In this document: piece after piece, positions 55,208-64,000 of the stretch
Layout: every line of letters begins with the position of its first letter
Numbering within the stretch: the stretch's first letter is position 1
Source: Octopus vulgaris
Lineage: Eukaryota
NCBI GenBank assembly: GCA_951406725.2
Contig: OX597818.1
Span: 36,704,001-36,768,000, forward strand
Direction: 5' to 3'
Length of the DNA: 64,000 bases
Position numbers and translations under genes: made by a program
Notes under the pieces: generated by a model
The model's input: the letters and a program-made list of their open reading frames with translations, nothing else
Databases searched by the model: none
What the model was told of the DNA's origin: nothing

Positions 55208-55901
55208 AACGACGACGACGATGACGGTGGTGGTGGTAGTGGTGGTGATTGTGGTGGTGGTGGTGGTGGTGGTGGTGGTGGTAGTAGTGGTGGTGGCGGC
55301 GGCGGTGGTCGTGGTGGTGGTGTTGGTGGTGGTGGTAATGATGGTGGAGGTGGTGGTTAACTCCGTATCAATACTGATCGGGTAAACAAGTGATCAAAAT
55401 TATCTACCTCGGTCTAAATACTCTAAGACGACGTTCAGTTTTGAAAGCAGCACTGTGTGATTTGAGATTTATTTACCTGCTATTTCTAACTGATAAAGCG
55501 GCCATGTTGGCCTACTGTGAAAAAGTCACAAGAACTGTCTGACACACTACTTGATCAAAAGCGCGCAACTAAATACCTATTTAAGTACGTGTGTATATGT
55601 ATATATATAAGATCCATCGATCGAGGTGTAGGAAGGAAGTTAGCTACAAGGAATCTGTAGGAAATACAAAAAGCAATTTTCAGGGACAATAGTGGTGTAT
55701 TCAGACGGTGGGTTGTGGATTTTGATTGCATTGAATGTACGATGAACCGAAAAAACGTTTTATATTTCAAGATAGGCGACCAGGGTTGCCGGGTATGCGA
55801 ATACGAAATCAAGAATAAGAATTAAAGGAACGAAGTAGATAAGATATGGACTACGTATGTAGCCCGGATCTTATCCACTCCATTCTTTAACTCTTGTATG
55901 G

Positions 55902-55965
<64 letters not shown>

Positions 55966-56168
55966 ACATATATATACATATATACATATATATATGTATA
56001 TATATACATATATATACATATATATATGTATACATATACATATATATATGTATATATCTATATACATATATATATACATATATATATGTATATATCTATA
56101 TATATATGTATGTATGTATGTATATATATGTACCTATATATGTATATGTATATATATATAGATAGATA

Positions 56169-56577
56169 GTGGCTGTGTGATAAGTAGCTTGCTTACCAAC
56201 CACATGGTTCCGGGTTCAGTCCCACTGCGTGGCATCTTGCGCAAGTGTCTTCTACTGTAGCCTCGGACCTAAGCCTTGTGAGTGGATTTGGTAGACGGAA
56301 ACTGAAAAAAGCCAGTCGTATATATATATATGTATGTGTGTTGTGTCTGCGTGTGTACGTGTGTGTGTGTGTGTAAATGATGATGTGCCTGTGTTAGACC
56401 CTCACCATCGCTTGACAACCGATTCTGGTGTGTTTACGTCCCCGTAACTAGCGGTTCGGCAAAAAAGATCGATGGAATAAGTAACAGGCTTACAAAGTAT
56501 AAGTCCTGGAGTCGAATTGCTCCAGCATGGCCGCAGTCAAATGACTGAAACAAATAAATGAATAAAAGAATAAAGAA
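56169..56577 (+). mobile_element. SINE family A
   Basis: Matches family A. Confidence 0.88.
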
Positions 56578-56888
56578 TATATATGTATGTATGTATGAAT
56601 GTATGTATGTATGTATGTGTCTGTGTGTGTGTGTGTGTGTGTGCATATATTCCTAAAGTTAGTTAGAATTAAGCTTTCGCCTCCAATGTTAAACGGATGA
56701 GAGAATATCCCAGTTATGGACGCCTGTCTTCAGTTGATAGCAGAATAACAAATTCAATATCTCATGCCAGATGTATAAAATGAGCGAAGTTATAACATAT
56801 TAGTTTTCCATGTTTAGAAACAGAACGAAAAATCAGCAACATAGATAAAACTAAAAGCTGATACGGCAAAACCACAAATCCGCTTCTA

Positions 56889-57456
56889 TTGGGTTGTTCG
56901 GAAAGTTCGTGCCGATTTATAGCAGCTTATCTTTCGACTTATTTTAGGACATGGTTGTGTCTATAAAATAGGATTTGACTATACCTCCATTTAGAGCACA
57001 GTTTAAGCTATATTTTTGTGGAAGAACGTTTATGTTCCTATAACCTGTGTTAATTCTATAACCCTTTAAAATGGAAGATAAGAAAGTTCATTTTTGGCAC
57101 TTGATGCTTTGAGAACCAGACAATTGCTGCAGCTCGGCTGGGATGTGTTACTCCACCCTCCATATTCATCAGATATTGCTCCTTCGGATTTCCACTTATT
57201 CAGGTCTCTGCAGAATGGTAAAAATTTAATGGTAAAAATTTCAATTCCTTGGATGACATAAAAAGATACCTTGATGAATTCTTTGCCATGAAACCACGTC
57301 ATTTCTGGGAAGAGGGTATTTTCAAGTTAAAGGAAAGATGGAGACGCATTATGCAACAAGATGGTTCATATTTGGTTGATTAAAAATATAATGGCAAGTA
57401 TTTATTGACCTTTTTCTTTCCTTTAAAAATCGGCACGAACTTTCCGGACAACCCAA
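56889..57456 (+). mobile_element. Internally deleted mariner transposon
   Basis: TA TSD and 30-bp TIRs ttgggttgttcggaaagttcgtgccgattt. N-terminus MEDKKVHF is joined to C-terminal LGWDVLLHPPYSSDIAPSDFHLFRSLQN...FWEEGIFKLKERWRRIMQQDGSYLVD* (YSPDLAPSD motif). Confidence 0.95.
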
Positions 57457-58343
57457 TATAATTATCAGACAAAATGTATTCAAATATACTTCAAATAATC
57501 CTATCTATTATAGGCTCAAGGCCTGAAATTTTGGTTGGACGGGGCTGTCTATTACATCTACTCCAGTACAGAACTGGTATTTCTTTTATCGACTACCAAA
57601 GGATGAAAGGCAAAGACGACCGCGGCGGAATTTGAACTCAGAACGTAAAGACGGATGAAATGCCGCTAAGCAAATAATAGGCTATAGCATACTAGCATTT
57701 CTTATATCTTTTTAAAATTATTGGAATACACCATCCATCTATCCATTTTCAGCGGCCACTTTTTCCTGAAATAGATTCCTCAAGCGTCTCCTTAATTGGG
57801 TCCTATCAGAAACAATAATCGTTAAACATTAAGACTGGATTCCTAAGCATAACTGAATCTATGGATAATACAGAAGATGTGACTGCTTAATGCGGAGATG
57901 TAGCGGCTCGATCTGGAGAGTAATGGGGAAAGACTTCGTAATAAGCATTTCATAGAATTCTAATGTTAATTTTTTTCCTAAATCACATATGTAACGGCAT
58001 ACCAAATGAATGGTTTGGTATACAGTGCTGAACAAAAGTTCTCAACCGGTGTCAATTTGATTACCCCTGGGGTCCATATACGATTTGGGGAGGGATCTAC
58101 GCAAGAAAATATTAAATTGGGGATCCATAGTATTATTTTAAGGGTCCATGAAAAGTTTGGATTTAAATCTATGTAATGCAAGAAACAGCTAGGTCTCTCT
58201 CTCTCTCTCTCCAACATCTTACGTACATCAACCTACACAAGTAAATGTGTGAATAACAAAATAGGAATTTTGAAAGAAGCATCTATAAAAATTGTTTTTA
58301 AACATCGAATGGTCATGGGAGTCTTCCAGAATAAAATAGTAAT

Positions 58344-58570
58344 CGCAGGAGTGGCTGTGTGGTAAGTAGCTTGCTTACCAACCACATGGTTCAGTCCCAC
58401 TGCGTGGCACCTTGAGAAAGTGTCTTCTACTATAGCCTCGGATCGACCAAAGCCTTGTGAGTGGATTTGGTAGACGGAAACTGAAAGAAGCCCGTCGTAT
58501 ATATGTATATGTATATATATGTGTGTGTTTGTGTGTCTGTATTTGCCCCCCCCCAACATCGCTTGACAAC
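58344..58570 (+). mobile_element. SINE family A, 5' part
   Basis: Matches family A head and body. Confidence 0.85.
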
Positions 58571-58891
58571 TAACGAAAGAAAAACATACAAGATAACGTA
58601 ATACTAGAAACACTGAATAAAATACAGGATAGGTATCACAGGAACGACATTAGTGATAAGAAGGTACAATCAGAGTTTGTCCTTAGACTAAACTACAACA
58701 TACTGAATTGACTAGCAAACGACGGGTTGCTACGGTTTCAGTGATTCTACTACATATAGCATCAAATCAACTTCTTCCTTATAAAAGAGAACACATTAGA
58801 GAAGGTGGGGACGGATAAAATATTTCGGAAGAATAAACGTTTTACTTACGGCTGGTACATCTTTGATCATAAATCTGCTCGTTTAGGACCT

Positions 58892-59276
58892 AGGAGGAGC
58901 ACTCCGTCGGTTGCGACGATGAGGGTCCCAGCTGATACGATCAACGGAACATCCTGCTCGTGAAATTAACGTGTAAGTGGCTGAGCACTCCACAGACACG
59001 TGTACCCTTAACGTAGTTCTCAGGAAGATTCAGCGTGACACACAGAATGTGACAAGGCTGGCCCTTTGAAATACAGGTACAACAGAAATAGGAAGAAAGA
59101 GTGAGAGAAAGTTGTGGTGAAAGAGTACAGCAGGGTTCACCCCCCCCTGCCGGAGCCTCGTGGAGCTTTAGGTGTTTTCGCTCCATAAACACTCACAATG
59201 CCCGGTCTGGGAATCGAAACCGCGATCCTCCGACCGCGAGTCCGCTGCCCTAACCACTGGGCCATTGCGCCTCCAC
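58892..59276 (-). mobile_element. tRNA-derived SINE family C with 12-bp TSD
   Basis: Head ggaggcgcaatggcccagtggttagggcagcggactcgcggtc...ggtttcgattccc. TSD cgtttaggacct at 58880 and 59277. Confidence 0.92.
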
Positions 59277-62200
59277 CGTTTAGGACCTGCCTGTGGCTTA
59301 ATAACAACAACAACGACATACTGAGATGATTTTGAGAAAAAGCAATTTTGAGAAAAAGTGAAACAAATCTGTCCTATCATTGTTTGGAAGTACTTCAGTA
59401 CTTCGCTAGACGTTTATAGCTGTCTTCCGGGAAATACACGGAAGTCATTACGTAAATCTAACCGTAATCCTTCTCTTTTCTCTTACCTAATAAGACGGCT
59501 TCTTCAGCTTTCGATGATAATAGCTCAAATTCTATATGTCATCAGAAAATAATTGAGATTGAATATATGTTTCTTTGATTAAATATATAAGCGTTTTAAT
59601 TGTGTTCCTAAACTGAGTCGTTCATCCCCTCCCCCTGTCCCTATAATTACGATTAATTTTATATTTTAGCAATGTGAATTTTACAAATTACCATAACTTC
59701 TATGTCAACAATTCTTTCTGCAATTGAACTTTCACATTTAAATAACTTTTTCTCCAAGTCTATTTGTTTACGTTCGTCTCGCTTTTTTTAAAGACAAATA
59801 TTGTGATTTTAAATGCGATAAGTACGTTAATAACTGAAAATAATTCTAATTAATAACAATTCTAGCTAAGTTTTATTTTTATCAAATTCAATTGCCGTCA
59901 GTATTTAATAAAAAAGAAATGAAATAATTCTTTCACACACGAACCAACGGGAGAGCCACTACGTAGGTGATCGTTCGAGCTGCTAAAAATAGCAAATAAA
60001 TATCCTTCAAATCACGAACTATCGTATTAATAAAATCAGAAACGGCACATTTGATTATTATAAAGACCTAGAAAGATATTGTCCAAAACAACAAAATTGG
60101 CATAGAATTCCAATTTCAGCAGAATCAGTTTGTCCTGGGACTAAACTACAACATGCTGAGTTGACAAGCAAACGAGAGTTGCTACGTTTTGCGTGATTCA
60201 ACTACATGTAGCATCAAATCGCCGTCTACCTTATAAAGGCGGACACATTAGATAATGTGGCGATAGTTAGAATATTTCGGAAGAAACAAAGGTTTTAGTC
60301 ACGGCTGAATTTCGAAATGCTCATTGATTGAAAAGCGAATTAAAATATCTTATTGCAATTGTCTTACCTTTACAAAATCCAGATATAATATATTACGTAT
60401 AGAAACCAGAAAACGGTCGACGATACCTGTCGAAATTTTCTCATGTCTATGATTTAGCCTTGTAGAGCAAAAATATTTAGTATCGATATGGAGCAGCCTC
60501 CAGCAAATCGCTGGTGCATTAAGAAGAAACATAAACGCTGTATATGAAAAAAAAATAGAATGTAAATGCTAAACTACAAGAAAATGTACATGAAGCAATA
60601 TTGTAGTTTGATCAGAACTCCTAATAGTAGGAAACAAATGTGGACAAAGAATTTTTATTTGTATATATTCTCATTTCCAAGCCTTAATCTGTTTCTGAAA
60701 ATGATACAGAAAGCTCCCAGGTAAAAAGAAAAGTCTTACTATAATTGTTATCGTGTGTTTTATAGATTATTACATATATTAATATATTCTTGAAAACGGA
60801 ACATAAATCTTTGCGTTACAGGAAATACGACTTCCTTATTTCTACATGACCCATATTACTAAGTCACTTCAAGTATAGACAGAAATATAAGCGTTAGGGC
60901 GAAGACACACTATTGGAAGATTTTACTACAGACTATTATTTAATTACTGAAATCTAAAACAAATATCACAGATTCAATACCAGTCTGTTTGCTGCGATTT
61001 TCATTGCTCTTTTGTGTTATTGCGCCTACGTAAAAAGCGCTAAAATGCTATAAATATTTCATAAGTCACTCATTAAACTACATATTTGGATTAACAGTAC
61101 TCTGAATTATAGAAAAAAAATTGATAGTTTCTGGAAGAGAACAGTCAGATAGCTAAGATGATATAATCAGTTTAAATACTGACCAAAGAGATTTATTGAC
61201 TCTCAGAATTGACTCTTAGTAAGATTGACAACTAGTTGTACATAAAAGTACTACTGACCGATGTATACAACAAGAACGTTTTAATACTAATGAGCTTCTT
61301 GTTTCCGTGCCATGTTCATGCTGAACTGTTCTATGGACATAGGTCAGAACGAGACGTAATCTACCAAGAGGTTGTCTTGATACTTTGGTTACTGTATTTC
61401 TGTTACCATACACATCTATTCATTCAATTAACTCTTAAAATGTAGAAGAATTTAGAAAATTAATTTTGCCATTATTAAGCTGGTGTTTGGAACCTAAATG
61501 AACATGACCTTTTGACGGAAGGTTTTAATTTAGACCCCTCTAAAACAAGAAGCTTGTATGATACATGCAAGGTCGGTCTCGGGATTTGGGGTCAGGGACA
61601 AAAGGTTAACGATATGAATTTTACAATTATAGTTAAGATTTCTTTGTGTTTTTTGTGACTTCTCTAAACTGTTACTGTAAGTATACCTTTATTTGATAAA
61701 TTTTTTAACTACATATTGTATAACCCAACGAGAAAGTCTCTGTATTGTCGCTCGATCTGCTAGCTATAGCAGTCAAATTTCCCCAGAATTTCATCCCGTC
61801 TTCTTAAAGACAAATTAGGTAATGTACTACAAAGACTAAAGGAAGAAATCATAGTGGTTGGAAACTTATTTTTTTCTGTTGTTATACTTTTATCACTCAG
61901 GGCTAACCCGAAGTTAAATACCAACAATAACAACGGCAACAACAACGACGACTACACACACTGTATTGAAACTAAGTGGGTCTCTAATCTGTCACAATAT
62001 CAGTGTATATGGACCAGCAAAAAAAACGTAATCTGTTGCGCGTACAGCAAACTACGAAAATGTAAAGCAATTGAAACCATCATCGGCGTTTACTATGGTA
62101 TAATTTCAACTCTACAATTAAGCAATAGACAAACTATTCAGCCTTCATCCCTAAACCGTCTGCTGATTGATAAACCAATATAGTAACGTTTTATTCATCG

Positions 62201-62686
62201 ATGAAATCTCAACTGTTGACTGTGACAAATATGGTTCGTCTGTTGGCTGTCCAGTTCTATTGATTTAAAAACATTGTCGTTATTTTCATTCGGCCGATCA
62301 ATGTTTATTATCAAATTTCGAGCGATGAATCCTAGCAAATGCATCATCTCTCTCTCATTTGTACGAATTTCTTAAACAACACTGAGGCAGAGACACCTAC
62401 GCAAATGCTATCACACAGACATATATCTAATTGTAGATATATAAATACATGTGAGTATATGCGTATCACTCTGTGAGTACATACATGCGTAGTTACCTGT
62501 ATGTCTTGTAAACAACATGGTTATAGGCTTCTTTTTAAATACAACGATAGTGTTCAATGTACAATAGAAAGGCAAAGTTTGTGTGAATGTGTCTGTATAT
62601 ATGCATATATGTATAATATTATATATGTGTTTCTTACACATGTATGTATTTCTTACATATATATGTGTTTCTTAATGTATCATATA

Positions 62687-63067
62687 GGCGTAGGAGTGAC
62701 TGAGTGGTTAGTAGCTGGCTTACGAACCACATGGTTCCGGGTTCAGTCCCATTGCGTGGCACCTTGGGCAAATGTCTTCAACTATAGCCTCGGGCCGACC
62801 AAAGCCTTGTTAGTGGATTTGGTAGGCGGAAACTGAAAGAAGCTTGTCGTATATATGTATATATGTTCGCGTGTCTATTTTTGTCCCCCAGCATCGCTTG
62901 ATAATCGTTGCTGGTGTGTTTACGTCCCCATAATTTAGTGGTTCGGCAAAAGAGACCGATAGAATAATTACTGCAAAGAATAAGTCCTGGTGTCCATTTG
63001 CGCAACTAAAGGCGGTGCTCCAGCATGACCACAGTCAAATGACTGAAGCAAGTAAAAGAGTAAAAGG
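62687..63067 (+). mobile_element. SINE family A
   Basis: Matches family A. Confidence 0.88.
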
Positions 63068-63516
63068 GTACTCAATTCGTCACAGTCATATCATACTAGC
63101 ATCCGAGTTGAATATTCACACTGCGTTTTTCAGCGGGATGTTGGTCGTTAAAACAAAAGACAAAATGGCGAAGTGTCACTTGACGTCTGACATTCGAGAC
63201 ATTCAACCTAAAAGATGACCAGAATATCATATGTCTCTCTCTGTGTTCATTACTGATGTGGGAGTCTTACGTTGTGACATTTTTTCAGTCAAACACACTG
63301 TCTTGAATAATTGCTGTAAAGAAGAAATCAGTGTAAGATAGCTCGTAGTAATATCGTTAGATCCAACTCTATATTTCCCTTTCCAAACATAATGCGAGAA
63401 CGATGTCATGTTTTCTTTTAGATGATGCTTGAACAGACCTCTCTCGCTCCCTTTCTAAGCGCACCTGTACAAATATTTGTGTATATGTTTTATAAATGTG
63501 TGTTTGTGTTAGTGCG

Positions 63517-63615
<99 letters not shown>

Positions 63616-63748
63616 ATGTGCGTGTGTGTGTTTAGATTTAGAATGCAACATTAGAAACATCGAGAAATATATGTCTTCTGTAAATGACGTGTCTCGAAAG
63701 TCGATATAGAAATAATCATTCAAAACAGGTTTTAAGGCATGTAATGTA

Positions 63749-63786
<38 letters not shown>

Positions 63787-63789
<3 letters not shown>

Positions 63790-64000
63790 GTTAATGAGGA
63801 CAACAAACATTAAGGTAAGGCAAACATCTCAAGTCGTATACAATATTGTTACTGGAAAAAAATCAGTCTTACAGCTGTTTCTGAGATATCTCCGAGTATG
63901 GGATATTCCGTCATCAGGGACAAATGGAGAAAAATGGGGAAAATGAGAATGGCATATATTAACGTGATGACAACACAGAGGGAGGGAGTAAAAGAATAAG
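63787..64000 (-). mobile_element. TA-adjacent element with hammerhead motif (continues beyond window)
   Basis: 63866-63921 (minus) gtcc-CTGATGA-cggaatatcc...gagatatctca-GAAA-cagctg-TA-agac. Confidence 0.65.

Noticed and set aside
59200-59276. tRNA-like sequences with A/B boxes (also 28160-28231 and 51675-51747)
   Set aside because: SINE heads continuing into SINE bodies, with no proper acceptor stem; not tRNA genes.
58669-60307. Diverged about 185-bp duplication (58669-58855 versus 60123-60307); also 2135-2208 versus 2645-2710
   Set aside because: Looks like old repeat copies or local duplication, with no further structure seen.

Overview
AT-rich, microsatellite-saturated eukaryotic non-coding DNA with no recognisable host exon. 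The SINE repertoire and (TA)n/(TACA)n/(GATA)n density suggest an octopus-like cephalopod genome (inference). The only long real ORF is a 5'-truncated but uninterrupted Penelope-like retroelement (RT + Cys linker + GIY-YIG, Neptune-like) at 11807-13708, with a hammerhead-like motif in its 3' pseudo-LTR. The rest is LINE fragments (R4/Dong-like, CR1-like, RTE/BovB-like), tRNA-derived SINE families, a deleted mariner, MITEs and palindromes. The main hidden signal is RNA structure. At least ten minimal hammerhead ribozyme (HHR) motifs of several families lie in short elements embedded in (TA)n runs. One element (1024-1947) carries all three hammerhead core strands in the reverse of the normal order, which predicts a pseudoknotted, stem I-II tethered hammerhead. 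Its terminal repeat ends within 2 nt of the predicted cleavage site. All ribozyme calls are structural predictions read by eye, and activity is untested.
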